Shown here piece after piece: positions 13,024-25,656 of a DNA stretch of 64,000 bases. A program made the translations under genes and the position numbers. Every line of letters starts with the position of its first letter. Within the stretch, counting starts at the first letter, position 1. This DNA is from Isurus oxyrinchus (taxonomy: Eukaryota). A model generated the notes under the pieces. That model searched no databases. It was not told where the DNA came from and saw nothing but the letters and a program-made list of their open reading frames with translations. The stretch spans positions 1-64,000 of the forward strand of contig JANJGN010001130.1 of the NCBI GenBank assembly GCA_026770705.1, in the 5' to 3' direction.

Positions 13024-13320
13024 ATTTCACAGATAAACCCACGATATTCCCTGCTGAAATTATTGCAGGAAAGCCTGTGGATGTAAGCTGCACCTTCAAC
13101 ACAACGTGCAATGGAACAGCAGCACCTGTCTTAACCTGGGACACTCCCACTGACGTACCTGGATCAGTGTCAAACACTGTAACTCAGCATGATGTCACTC
13201 TGTCCTATACTTCTGTTCTGACCCTGATCCCATCACTCAAACACCACGGACACACTCTCAGCTGCAGAGTGAGATATCCATCTGTTTCATCGGAGCGGAC
13301 CCTCGTACTAACTGTACAAG
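13024..13320 (+). CDS. Gene A C2-set Ig domain 1 exon
   Basis: 297 nt, phase 1-1; DFTDKPTIFP..VSCTFNTTCNG..LTW..HHGHTLSCRV; extra Cys fits the Siglec V-C2 interdomain disulfide. Confidence 0.95.
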
Positions 13321-13534
13321 GTAAGTATGGACATCCTTCATTATACATTCGCTGGAACAGTCTATATTGTGCACAGCAGGATCCCATAGAAAGGTATTCT
13401 GATGAGAACCAGATCATCTGTAGTTTAGGGAAAAACACTAACCAGAAAACAGTTAATGACAGTTTCTGAACATTAACACTGGAGCTTTTTTTTCCAGCCA
13501 AGAAGCTGATAGAGCAGAGCATCATTCACAATAT

Positions 13535-14525
13535 ACTAACCCCCTGACAGTGCAGCACTCCCTCAGTACTGACCGCCTGACAGTGCAGCACTCCCTCAGT
13601 ACTGACCGCCTGACAGTGCAGCACTCCCTCAGTACTGATCCTCCAACAGTGCAGCAATCCCTCAGTACTGACCCTCCAACAGTGCAGAACTCCCTCAGCA
13701 CTGACCCTCTGACAGTGTAGCGCTCCCTCAGTACTGACCCTCTGACAGTGCAGCACTCCCTCAGTACTGACCTGCTGAAATTGCAGCTCTCCCTCAGTAC
13801 TGACCCTCTGACATTGCAGCACTCCCTCAGTACTGACCCTCTGACAGTGCAGCACTGCCTCAGTACTGACCCTCCAATAATGAAACAATCCCTCAGTACT
13901 GACTCTCCGACAGTGCAGCACTCCTTCACTGCTGACCCTCCAACTCTGCAGTGCTCCGTCAGGACTGAAAATCTAACATTTCATATCTCCCTCCTGACTG
14001 ACCATCTGAAAATACAACAGATCCTCGGTCGAGTCCTTCAAACAGTGCTGCACTTCCACAGTACAGAATCTCCCCCCCACCCACAGTGCAGCACTTCCAC
14101 AGTACTGAACCTCTGACAGTGCAGCACTCCCTCAGTACTGACCCTCCCACCTGCAGCACTCCCTCAGTACTGACCCTCCCACATGCAGCATTCCCTCAGT
14201 ACTGACCCTCCCACATGCAGCACTCACTCAGTACTGACCCTCCCACAGTGCAGCACTCTCTCAGTACTGACCCTCCCACATGCAGCACTCACTCAGTACT
14301 GACCCTCCCACAGTGCAGCACTCCCTCAGTACTGACCCTCCCACATGCAGCACTCCCTCAGTACTCACCCTCCCACAGTGCAGCACTCCCTCAGTACTGA
14401 CCCTCCCACATGCAGCACTCCCTCAGTACTGACCCTCCCACAGTGCAGCACTCCCTCAGTACTGACCCTCCCACATGCAGCACTCCCTCAGTACTGACCC
14501 TTTGACAGTGCTGCACTACCTCACT
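13535..14525 (+). repeat. 33-bp minisatellite array (intronic)
   Basis: Tandem units. Confidence 0.95.
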
Positions 14526-14529
14526 ATTG

Positions 14530-15414
14530 GCTTTAAACTAAATAGAGTGTGGGGCGAATGTTTCTGGAGAGGGTATATGTACAGTTACAAACCAAAAGGA
14601 TTTATTAGCATTGCAGGATAGCTGTTTTGGCAATGATACCCAGTGTGTGACAGGAAGGGACACAGTGTCCAAACATAAAAATACATCAGCAAATAGTGTC
14701 AGAGGGGGGGAAATGATAAAAAGACAAAATTAATGGCTCTTTACTTAAATGCACATAGTATTTGGAATGTTGGCCTTTATTTCAAAGGGAATGGAGTATA
14801 AAAATAGGGAAGCCTTGCTAAAACTATACAAGGCACTAGTTAGACCACACCTAGAATACTGTGAGCAGTTTTGGTTCCCTTATCTAAGGAAAGATGTACT
14901 GGCATTGGAGGCAGTCCAGAGAAGGTTCACTAGGTTGATCCCAATAATGGAGGGATTTTCATATGAGGAGAGATTGAGTAGGATGGACCTGTACTCATTG
15001 GAGTTTAGAAGAATGAGAGGCGACCTTATTGAAACATATAAGATTCTTAGGGTGCTTGACAGGGTAGATGCTGAGAGGTTGTTTCCCCTTGTGGGAGAGT
15101 CTAGGACCAGAGGGCATAATCTCAGAGTAAGGGGTCACCCATTTAAGACAGAGATGAGGAGTTTCTTCTCTCAGAGGGTAGTGAATGTGTGGAATTCTTT
15201 ACTGCAGAGAGCTGCAGAGGCTGGGTCATTAATTATATTCAAGGCTGAGATACACAGTTTTTTAATCAGTCAGGGAATCAAAGGCTATGGGGAAGAGGCA
15301 GGAAAGTGGAGTTGAGGATTGTCAGATCAGCCATGGTGTCATTGAATGGCGGAGCAGAGTTGATTGGCCGAATGGCCTCCTTCTGCTCTGACGTCTTGTG
15401 GTCTTATGGTCTTA
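14530..15414 (+). mobile_element. CR1 LINE, internally deleted, with RT C-terminus and 3' tail
   Basis: LYKALVRPHLEYC..QRRFTRLIP..RGDLIETYKIL..FFSQRVVNVWNSL (ORF 14749-15315); tail ggtcttatggtcttat. Confidence 0.9.
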
Positions 15415-18400
15415 TCACCCTCCAACAGTGCAGAGCTCCCTAATTACCGATCCTCCGACAATGCAGCACTCCCTCAGTACTGAACCTCTGACAGTGCAGA
15501 GCTCCCTAATTACTGACCCTCCGACAATGCAGCACTCTTCCAGTGCTGACCCTCCGACAGTGCAGTATTCCCTAAGTACTGATCCTCCAACAGTGCAGCA
15601 CTGCCTCAATACTGACCCTCCAACAGTGCAGCACTGCCTCAATACTGACCCTCCAACAGTGCAGCACTCCCTCAGTGCTGACCCTCCGACAGTGCAGCAC
15701 TCCCTCAGTACTGACCCTCCGATAGTGCAGCACTCCCTCACTACTGACCCTCCGTCAGAGCAGAGCTCCTAATTACTGACCCTCCAACAGTGCAGCACTC
15801 CCTCAGTACTGACCCTCCAACAGTGCAGAACTCCCTAATTACTGACCCTCTGATAGTGCAGAGCTCCCTCAGTACTGACCCTCCAACAGTGCAGCACTCC
15901 CTCAGTACTGACCCTCCAACAGTGCAGAGCTCCCTAATTACTGACCCACCGACAGTGCAGCACTCCCTCAGTACTGACCCTCTGACAGTGCAGTACTCTT
16001 TCAGTTCTGACCCTCCGACAGTGCAGCACTCCCTCAGTACTGACGCTCCGACAGTGCAGCACTCCCTCAATACTGACCCTCCAACAGTGCAGCACTCCCT
16101 CAGTGCTGACCCTCTGACAGTGCAGAGCTCCCTCAGTACTGACCCTCCGATAGTGCAGCACTCCCTCAGTACTGACCTTCCGACAGTGCAGCAGTCCCTC
16201 ACTACTGACCCTCTGACCGTGCAGCACTCCCTAAATACTGACACTCTGACAGTGCAGCACTCCCTCAGTACTGACCCTCTGACAGTGCAGTACTCTTTCA
16301 GTTCTGACCATCCAACAGTGCAGAGCTCCCTAATTACTGACCCTCCGACAGTGCAGCACTCCCTCAGTACTGACCCTCTGACAGTGCAGCACTCCCTCAG
16401 TACTGACCCTCCCACAGTGCAGCACTCCCTCAGTACTGACCCTCCAACAGTGCAGAGCTCCCTAATTACTGACCCTCCGACAGTGCAGCACCCTCTCAGT
16501 ACTGACCCTCCGACAGTGCAGCACACCCTCAGTACTGAACCTCCGACAGTGCAGAGCTCACTAAATACTGACCCTCCCACAGTGCAACACTCCCTCAGTA
16601 CTGATCCTCCGACAGTGCAACACTCCCTCAGTACTGTTCCACCGACACTGCAGCACTCCCTCAGTACTGATCCTCCGACAGTTCAACACTCCCTCAGTAC
16701 TGTCCCACCGACAGTGCAGCTCTCCCTCAATACTGACCCTCCGACAGTGCACCACTCCATCAGTACTGAACCTTCAACAGTGCAGCACTCCCTCAGTACT
16801 GACCTTCCGACAGTGCAGCAGTCCCTCACTACTGACCCTCTGACCGTGCAGCACTCCCTAAATACTGACACTCTGACAGTGCAGCACTCCCTCAGTACTG
16901 ACCCTCCGACAGTGCAGTACTCTTTCAGTTCTGACCATCCAACAGTGCAGAGCTCCCTAATTACTGACCCTCCGACAGTGCAGCACTCCCTCAGTACTGA
17001 CCCTCTGACAGTGCAGCACTCCCTCAGTACTGACCCTCCCACAGTGCAGCACTCCCTCAGTACTGACCCTCCAACAGTGCAGAGCTCCCTAATTACTGAC
17101 CCTCCGACAGTGCAGCACCCTCTCAGTACTGACCCTCCGACAGTGCAGCACACCCTCAGTACTGAACCTCCGACAGTGCAGAGCTCACTAAATACTGACC
17201 CTCCCACAGTGCAACACTCCCTCAGTACTGATCCTCCGACAGTGCAACACTCCCTCAGTACTGTTCCACCGACACTGCAGCACTCCCTCAGTACTGATCC
17301 TCCGACAGTTCAACACTCCCTCAGTACTGAACCTTCAACAGTGCAGCACTCCCTCAGTACTGATCCTCCAACAGTGCAGCACTCCATCAGTACTGATTCT
17401 CCGACAGTGAAGTACTCACTCAGTACTGACTATGCGGCAGTGAAGCTTTCACAGTACCCACCCACCATCAGTACGGCAGGTCCTCAGTACACACCCTCCA
17501 ACAGGGCAGCACTCCCTCACTACTGACCCTCCGTCAGAGCAGAGCTCCTAATTACTGACCCTCCAACAGTGCAGCACTCCCTCAGTACTGACCCTCCAAC
17601 AGTGCAGAACTCCCTAATTACTGACCCTCCAAAAGTGCAGCCCTCCCTCAGTACTGACCCTCCAACAGTGCAGCACTCACTCAGTACTGACCCTCTGACA
17701 GTGCAGCACTCCCTCAGTACTGACCCTCCCACAGTGCAGCACTCCATCAGTACTGACCCTCCGACAGTGCAGCACTCCCTCAGTACTGACCCTCCAACAG
17801 TGCAGCACTCCCTCACTACTGACCCTCTGACCGTGCAGCACTCCCTAAATACTGACACCCTGACAGTGCAGCACTCCCTCAGTATTGACCCTCCGACAGT
17901 GCAGAGCTCCCTAATTACTGACCCTCCGACAGTGCAGTACTCTTTCAGTTCTGACCCTCCGACAGTGCAACAATACCTCAGTTCTGACCATCCAACAGTG
18001 CAGAGCTCCCTAATTACTGACCCTCCAACAGTGCAGAGCTCCCTAATTACTGACCCTCCGACAGTGCAGCACTCCCTCAGTACTGACCCTCCGACAGTGC
18101 AGCACTCCCTCAGTACTAACCCTCCGACAGTGCAGCACACCCTCAGTACTGATCCTCCGACAGTGCAACACTCCCTCAGTACTGTCCCACCGACAATGCA
18201 GCACTCCCTCAGTACTGATCCTCCGACAGTGCAACACTCCCTCAGTACTGTCCCACCGACAGTGCAGCTCTCCCTCAATACTGACCCTCCGACAGTGCAG
18301 CACTCCATCAGTACTGAACCTTCAACAGTGCAGCACTCACTCAGTACTGATCCTCCAATAGTGCAACACTCCCTCAGCACTGTCCCACCGACAGTGCAGC

Positions 18401-18712
18401 TCTCCCTCAATACTGACCCTCCGACAGTGCAGCACTCCATCAGTACTGAACCTTCAACAGTGCAGCACTCCCTCAGTACTGATCCTCCAACAGTGCACCA
18501 CTCCCTCAGTCCTGATCCTCCAACAGTGCAGCACTCCATCAGTACTGATTCTCTGACAGTGAAGTACTCGCTCAGTACTGACTATGCGGCAGTGAAGCTT
18601 TCACAGTACCCACCCACCATCAGTACAGCAGGTCCTCAGTACTCACCCTCCAACAGGGCAGCACTCCCTCAGTACTGACCCTCCAACAGTGCAGCACTCC
18701 CTCAGTACTGAA
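15415..18712 (+). repeat. 33-bp minisatellite array (~100 units) with higher-order duplications
   Basis: Tandem units; source of the 578-aa and 369-aa repetitive ORFs. Confidence 0.97.
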
Positions 18713-18835
18713 CTGAAGAGTCTGCCTGAATGATGTGCTTTGTGGTGAAGGATTGATATCACACCTTTAACATTGTCAGGGTCTCTGAAAGTGCTTCACA
18801 GTCAATGTAAGTAACTGATCTTTATTTGTTTTTAG

Positions 18836-19117
18836 ATGCACCACAGAATCTCTCAATTACTTCTCTTGATATGATTAACGCTTCATCGATCAATATAATT
18901 GAGGGGAATTCTGCAGTGATAATCTGCTCTGTCGAGAGCTTCCCAGCTTCTAACCTGACGTGGCGACATCTTAATGTCCCAATGAACAGAACAAGTTCCA
19001 ACAATGAGCTGTGGTTGGTGATTCCTCACGTTACATCCAGGGACACTGGAGACTATCAGTGTGTGGCAGAGAATGAACATGGAGCAGTGGAGGGGTTCAT
19101 AACCATCACTGTGGAAC
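18836..19117 (+). CDS. Gene A C2-set Ig domain 2 exon
   Basis: tttag|..|gtgagt, 282 nt, phase 1-1; DAPQNLSI..EGNSAVIICSVESFPASNLTW..DTGDYQCVAENEHG. Confidence 0.95.
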
Positions 19118-19149
19118 GTGAGTTACACAGAATTGAACGTTCTCGTGTT

Positions 19150-20190
19150 ATTAGCTCAAGGGATGTGGGCATTGTTGACAAGACCAGAAATCATTGCCCA
19201 TCTGTAACTGCCCCTTGAGAAGGTGGTGGTGAGCTGCCTTCTTTAACCACTGCAGTCCATGTGGTGAAGGCGCACCCACAGTGCTGTTAGGGAGGGAGTT
19301 CCAGGATTTTGACCCAGCGACGGTGAAGGAACGGCCGATATAGTTCCAAGTCCCAGGGCAGACCACCACCTCAAGTTCACCTCCAAGTCAAAGCCCTCAC
19401 TGACTTGGAACTGTCTTGGTGGAAGAGGTTAAGTGTTTGGAAGGTGCTGTCGAAGGAGCCTTGGTGAGTTGCTGCAGCGCATCTTGTAGATGGTGCACAC
19501 ACTGCTGCCATTGTGTGCCAGTGGTGGAGGGTATGAATGTTTATGCTGGTGGATTGGCTGTCGATCAAACAAACAGCTCCTGGATGGTGTCGAGGTTCTT
19601 GAGTGTTGTTGGAGCTGCACTTATCCAGCCAAGTGGAGATTATTCCATCACACTCCTGACTTGTGCCTTGTCCGATGGTGGACAGGCTTTGGGGAGTCAG
19701 GAGGTGAGTTACTCACCGCAGAGTTCCCAGCCTCTGACCCGCATTTGTAGCCACATTATTTCCTGTTGCCGGGCTGTTGCCAGGGCCAATAGCCTTTGCT
19801 GTATCCAGTATCATCAGCTGATTCCTGATGTCACGTGGAGTCAATCGAATTGTCTGAAAGCTGACATCTGTGATGCTGGGACCCTCTGGAGGAGGCCGAG
19901 ATGGATCATCCACTCAGCACTTCTGGCTGAACATGGTTGCCAATGCTTCAGCCTTGTCATTTGCACTGATGTGCTGAGCTCCCCCATCATTAAGGATGGG
20001 GATATTTGTGGAACATCCTCCTCCTGTTAGATCTTTAATTGTCCACCACCATTCATGACTGGATGTGGCAGGACTGCAGAGCTTAGATCTGACCCGTTGG
20101 TTGTGGGATCGCTTTGCTCTGTCTATAGCATGTTGTTTCCGCTGTTTGGTGTGTATGTAGTCCTGTGTGTCACCTCAGCAGCTTGGCACC
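19150..20190 (-). mobile_element. Non-LTR retrotransposon (LINE) fragments, probably RTE-X-like; another copy at ~55560-55985
   Basis: Decayed RT-region peptides (IRLTPRDIRNQL..DTAKAIGP; SKSWNSLPNSTVG..KKAAHHHLLKG). Confidence 0.75.
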
Positions 20191-20384
20191 TCTGTTATAT
20201 GTGAATCCTCCTTATAGAAACCTGCATGTACATGGATATTATCAATAAATATTACATAGATAAATGTTATTTGTATAGACCTTTCATGCATAGACAATAT
20301 CACTTCACAAGTTCAGAATTACTACATGTACATAGGGAACCATTCTCAAACTGTACCGGAGTCATTCATTGGCTGATTTTACAG

Positions 20385-20481
20385 GGCGAGATTCCAATGA
20401 ATGGAAAGCAGGATTGCTTGGAGCTGGAATCTGTTTGAGTGTTGGACTGAGTGGATTCTTCATCTTCAAGTGTGTGAGAAA
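20385..20481 (+). CDS. Gene A transmembrane exon (RRDSNEWKAGLLGAGICLSVGLSGFFIFKCVRK)
   Basis: ttacag|..|gtaagt, 97 nt, phase 1-2; paralogous to 55317-55413; missed by the ORF track. Confidence 0.9.
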
Positions 20482-21179
20482 GTAAGTGTGAAGGTTTAAT
20501 TGGTTGTTTTCAAAAATGTTTTCTTCAAACTTCTCTCCTTATAGAAAGAACTTGCATTTCTATAACACCTTTCACAACCCAAAACCCTTCACAACCCCTG
20601 AAGAGCTTTGATGTTCACTCACTGTTTCACATCTCATCCAACACTCACTGTTTCACAACGCAGTCCTGTAACTGGCAGTGTTGACCTGGACCATAAAATA
20701 CCTTGTGACTTCCTGAGGATGTGAAAGGGGATATATAAATGAAGACATTTCTTTTGTTAGTGAATGCAATCTCTTTCCATTTTCAGTGTCTAATTCACTC
20801 TCTCTCTTACCTCCACTAATGCTCTCCTTCTCATTCTCTCTCTCTCTCATTCGCTCTCTCTCCAATCTCCACTAATGCTCTCCTTCTCATTCTCTCTCTC
20901 TCTCATTCACTCTCTCTTATCTCCACTAATGCTCTCCTTCTCATTCTTTCTCTCGTCCTCTTACACATTGTTCAGTATCTCACAATTTTAAGGAGCGCTG
21001 AGCAACGTCTGCTCCATCAGAAGATCCACCTCAACACCTGGAGCGAGCAGTGAATTGAAACTCGCTCAACGACTGTTCAGATTTACACAGGAATCACGAC
21101 ACAGAGTCAGGACACAAAGGGTTAACAGTTTGCTTACAACACAACACTAAGGCCTTACGTTTCAGTGAAAGGGTTTTCA

Positions 21180-21497
21180 CAATTGTTCCCCAATTCCTCA
21201 TTTTGTCTCACAGAGATACATCAACCCTTTCTCATTAAATACACAGAGGGAGCAGCACAGGAAGAGGTCATTCAGCCCAGTCAGAGCGTGTGGGCAGTTC
21301 CTCCCCAGGCGAGCAGTCGGACAGGTACTGGGTAAGTAACGGAACGATTGGTACTCACTTCCACCACCAACACCGTCCTTTGTTGATGTTGTGACTTTAT
21401 AAAGACAGATTCCCATGATTGATGCCTTTGAAAGATTTCTACTGATTATTGAGATCTGGGTGTGAGGCTCAGGTCTGTTGTACAGAACATCTTTCTG
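21180..21497 (+). promoter_or_regulatory. Orphan promoter/exon-1 copy inside gene A, with no leader exon after it
   Basis: Near-identical to 9560-9857; donor at 21332; homology stops at ~21497. Confidence 0.75.
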
Positions 21498-21842
21498 GGT
21501 AAATTATGCAGACAGGTTACACACAGTCTACGATTATATTCCCTCAGGTCTAGAAGATTAAGGAGTGATCTAATTGAGGGATTCAAAATGATTAAACACT
21601 CGAAAGGGTCGATAGAGAGAAGCTATTCCCTCGGGTGGGGGTGGGTGGTGGGGGTCGGGTGGAGTCCAGAACAAGGGGGCCGGAACTTCAGATTGGAGCC
21701 AGGCCATTCAGGGGTGATTTCAGGAAGCACTTCTTCACACAAAGGGGAGTGGAAATCTGGAACTCTCTCCTCAATAATCAAACCCAACACCGAATACACA
21801 TCATGTTGATTGTCACTCTGTCCATTTCCATCTCTATTACAG

Positions 21843-21947
21843 AAGAGAGGTGAGGGGAAAGCAGGAATCAAATCGAACCACCGTGTTGATGAATATCGAG
21901 ATCCTGTTTATGAAAACTGTGAGTGTGGTTGGGCTTTGAGGAATCAG
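21843..21947 (+). CDS. Gene A cytoplasmic exon (paralogue of the terminal exon; two candidate donors, after 21918 and after 21947)
   Basis: ctattacag| acceptor; the phase-0 frame reads KRGEGKAGIKSNHRVDEYRDPVYENCECGWALRNQ|gtgagt. Confidence 0.6.
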
Positions 21948-22079
21948 GTGAGTCACACACCACAGGATCCCCAGCCTCTCAGCTGCTCCAGTAGCCTGGT
22001 TATTGATGTGGCTGCTCCACTCCTGTATCTGCAATGTTTTATACAGTCACTCCCAAACCCAACCAAACTCACACCCAAC

Positions 22080-22578
22080 GCCGTTCAGAATCAATAATCA
22101 AACCCCGTTCAGTATCAATAATCAAACCCCGTTCAGAATCAATAATCAAACCCCGTTCAGAATCAATAATCAAACCCCGTTCAGTATCAATAATCAAACC
22201 CCGTTCAGTATCAATAATCAAACCCCGTTCAGAATCAATAATCAAAACCCATTCAGTTTCAATAATCAAACCCCGTTCAGTATCAATAATCAAACCCCTT
22301 TCAGAATCAATTATCAAACCCTGTTCAGTGTAAATAATCAAACCCCTTCCAGTATCAATAATCAAACCCCGTTCAGAATCAATTATCAAACCCCATTCAG
22401 AATCAATAATCAAACCCCGTTCAGAATCAATTATCAAAACCTGTTCAGAATCAATAATCAAACTCCGTTCAGAATCAATAATCAAACCCCATTCAGAATC
22501 AATAATCAAACTCCGTTCAGTATCAATAATCAAACCCCGTTCAGTATCAATAATCAAACCCTGTTCAGTATCAATAAT
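22080..22578 (+). repeat. 24-bp minisatellite (aatcaataatcaaaccccgttcag)
   Basis: About 21 tandem units, intronic. Confidence 0.97.
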
Positions 22579-22676
22579 TAATGTATCTATTGTGGGTGGA
22601 ATTTTCGATTTGGATCAATAATACTAAACACTGATCACTCTGATTGTCACTCTGATCATTTCTGTTTCTATTACAG

Positions 22677-22793
22677 AAGAAAGATGAGAAGGATCTGGAA
22701 ATGAAATCGAACCGCGGAGTCAATCCTGATACAGATGATGATCTTTACGCAAACTGTGAATTTGCTGAGGATTCTGTTTATGGGAATTTATAA
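22677..22793 (+). CDS. Gene A terminal cytoplasmic exon (KKDEKDLEMKSNRGVNPDTDDDLYANCEFAEDSVYGNL*)
   Basis: ttctattacag| acceptor, phase 0, two Tyr motifs, TAA 22791-22793; AATAAA 23567-23572. Confidence 0.8.
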   Translation, partial: KKDEKDLEMKSNRGVNPDTDDDLYANCEFAEDSVYGNL

Positions 22794-23910
22794 ACTGAGC
22801 AAGAATGAGACACACACAGTGTGGGGAGAATACAGAACGGGAGAATCATTCAAAACTCCAATTTACCTTCCTAATATCCACAGGAACTCACTCCCAGGAA
22901 ATAGATTTAAACCTCTTGTTACAATCTGATGGAATTTCTTCGGAATGATCTATCCAGGATGATTGTCTGTGGGCTTCAATTCGAACATCCTCCTTCAGAA
23001 TTGTCCCTCACTGTTGGAAAAATCCTTCTCTCCAATCTGATTGTAAATGTCTTTAGATATCGTTCGATGATGTACCAGGACAGAACGGACAAATTCAATC
23101 CCGTGTCCTTGATTATGAGTTAATTTTCATTCTGTTATTCACCTTCCTGTCTGTCAGTGTTTACAGAATATTCATCAGCCAGTGTAGACTTCAGGAAATG
23201 CAGGATCGGTGGATAATTGGAGCAGAGGAGATTGGTAAAATTTACTCACCATTTTGTAGTCAAATGTATTTTCAGAAATGTATTTTGATTTTACACTTCA
23301 TCGTTAAACAGTGAAACGAACAACAATCTGGGAAACAGGGAAACAATTTGTTTGGAGATTTGAGAAGTTCTCTGCAGCTCAGAGGATAACAGATGTGCTA
23401 CAGTGCCACCACTGGTGGGAGGACATCATTTCAGCGTGACATGTTTACATTGATGTTGCCAATGAACATTGGAAATTATGATGTCAAAAATTGGTTCCAG
23501 CTTTACCTTCTTCAATATGTCATGGATGGATGAGACAGCTTTGATAACAGAATGAAATAGAGCTGCAATAAACCACCATTTTAGTCTTTCACACTTGGAG
23601 AGTACAATTAGCATCCATTCTGAAGGCTGAGTGGATGGGTGGACTGTGCGATGTGTTTCAGATTACAGAGACCAACTTCCTTGATCCTGGTTCTGCTCTA
23701 TGTTTGATGACATTCTTGGATGAAAGATTGGGAAAATAAATAATCCTCCGGCCTTAACCTGTAACTGGTCTCTCCATCTGTCAATGTCCTGAGGACAGAA
23801 TTGGGTTTGAGGTCCAAAATCAGACGCATACTTTGACTGCCCATTGAATAGGAACAGGAGGAGGCCATTCAGCCCCCTCGAACCTGTTACACAGGAACAA
23901 GAGAGTACCT

Positions 23911-24125
23911 GAAATAAAAACAGAAAATGCTGGAGAAACTGAGTAGGTCTGGCAGCATCTGTGCAGAGATAAACAGAATTAACATTTCGAGTCCGTCTGA
24001 TCCTTCTTCAGAGTCTATAAGCAAGAACTCGGTTTATCTCTCCACAGCTGCTGCCAGACCTGTTGAGTTAAGGCAGCATTTTCTGTGTTTATTTAAGATT
24101 TACAACATCTGCGGTATTTATTTTT
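23911..24125. mobile_element. Fold-back element made of Penelope-type terminal sequence
   Basis: Inverted arms cagaaaatgctg..aggtctggcagc..gagataaac / gtttatctc..gctgccagacct..cagcattttctg. Confidence 0.65.
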
Positions 24126-24134
24126 AATGAGACG

Positions 24135-25440
24135 AGGACATTCAGCCCCTCGACCCTGTTACACAGGAACAGGAGGAGGCCCATTCAGTCACACAAGCCT
24201 CTTACACAAGAACAGGAGGAGGTCCATTCAGCCCCTCAAGCCTGCTACACAGGAACAGGAGGAGGCCCATTCAGCCCCCTCGAGCTTGTTACACAGGAAC
24301 AGGAGGAGGCCATTCAGCCCCCTTAAGCCTGTTACACAGGAACAGGAGGAGGCCATTCAGCCCCAAGAGACTGTTATACAGGAAAAGGAGGAGGCCATTC
24401 AGCCCCTCAAGCCTGTTACACAGGAACAAGAGGAAGCCCATTCAGCCCCTCGAGCCTGTTACACAGCAACAGCAGGAGGCCCATTCAACCCCTCGAGCCT
24501 GTTACAGAGGAACAGGAGGAGGCCCATTCAGCCCCTCGAGCCTGTTACATAGGACCAGGAGGAGGCCCATTCAGCCCCTCGAGCCTGTTACACAGCAACA
24601 GGAGGAGGCCCATTCAGATCTTCAAGCCTCTAACACCAGAACGGAAGGAGGTCATTTCAGCCCCATGAGCTTGATGAACAGGAACAGGAGGAGGTCCATT
24701 AAGCCCCTCAAGTCAGTTACAGAGGAACAGGAGAAGTCTCATTCAGCCACACGAGCATCTTATATAAGAACATGAGGGGGCCCAAACAGCCCCTCAAGGC
24801 TGTTACACAAGAAGCAAAGGAGGAGGTTCATTCAGTCCCTCGACGCTGTTATACAGGAACAGGAGGAGGTCCATTCAGCCCCTCAAGCCTGCTACACAGG
24901 AACAGGAGGAGGCCCATCAGCCCCCTCGAGCTTGTTACACAGGAAAAGGAGGAGGCCATTCAGCCCCTCAAGCCTGTTACACAGGAACAGGAGGAAGCCC
25001 ATTCAGCCCCTCGAGCCTGTTACACAGGAACAGGAGGAGGCCCATTCAGACCTTCAAGCCTTTAACACCAGAACGTAAGGACGTCATTTCAGCCCCATGA
25101 TCTTGATGAACAGGAACAGGAGGAGGTCCATTAAGCCCCTCAAGTCAGTTACATAGGAACAGGAGAAGTCTCATTCAGCCACACGAGCATCTTATATAAG
25201 AACATGAGGGGGCCCAAACAGCCCCTCAAGCATGTTACACAAGAAGCGGAGGAGGAGGTTCATTCAGCCTCGAAGCTGTTATACAGGAGCAGGAGGAGGC
25301 CCATTCAGCCACACAAGCCTCTTACACAATAACAGGAGGAGGTACATTCAGCCCCTCAAGCCTGTTACACAGGAACAGGAGGAGGCCCGTTCAACCCCCT
25401 CGAGCTTGTTGCATGTGAAAAGTCGATGGCCCTTCAGCCA
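24135..25440 (+). repeat. ~39-bp minisatellite (ccattcagcccctcgagcctgttacacaggaacaggagga); short copy at 9330-9470
   Basis: Tandem units with a ~430-bp higher-order duplication; lies directly upstream of exon-1 copies. Confidence 0.92.
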
Positions 25441-25509
25441 CATTCTTGGCACACAAAGGGTTAACAGTTTTCTAACTGTGCGAGGCAAAGAGATGCTTTC
25501 TAACTTGGT

Positions 25510-25656
25510 ACTAACCACTTCCTCATTTTGTCTCACAGTGACACATCAACCCTTTCTAATTAAACACACAGAGGGAGCAGCACAGGAAGAGGTCATTCAG
25601 CCCAAGCAGAGCGTGTGGGCAGTTCCTCCCCAGGCGAGCAGTCGGACAGGTCCTGG
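25510..25656 (+). promoter_or_regulatory. Extra promoter/exon-1 copy upstream of gene B
   Basis: PU.1-type site cacttcctcattt 25516-25528; donor gtaagt at 25657. Confidence 0.7.

Noticed and set aside
15790-18678. 578-aa and 369-aa ORFs resembling mucin-like proteins
   Set aside because: Translations of a stop-free 33-bp minisatellite, open on both strands and dispersed elsewhere in the window
20993-21053. Candidate short terminal exon for gene A (KSAEQRLLHQKIHLNTWSEQ*)
   Set aside because: Weak AAG acceptor, no paralogous or motif support; cannot be excluded without RNA data
22003-22581. 192-aa INNQTPFR-repeat ORF
   Set aside because: 24-bp intronic minisatellite; all frames open
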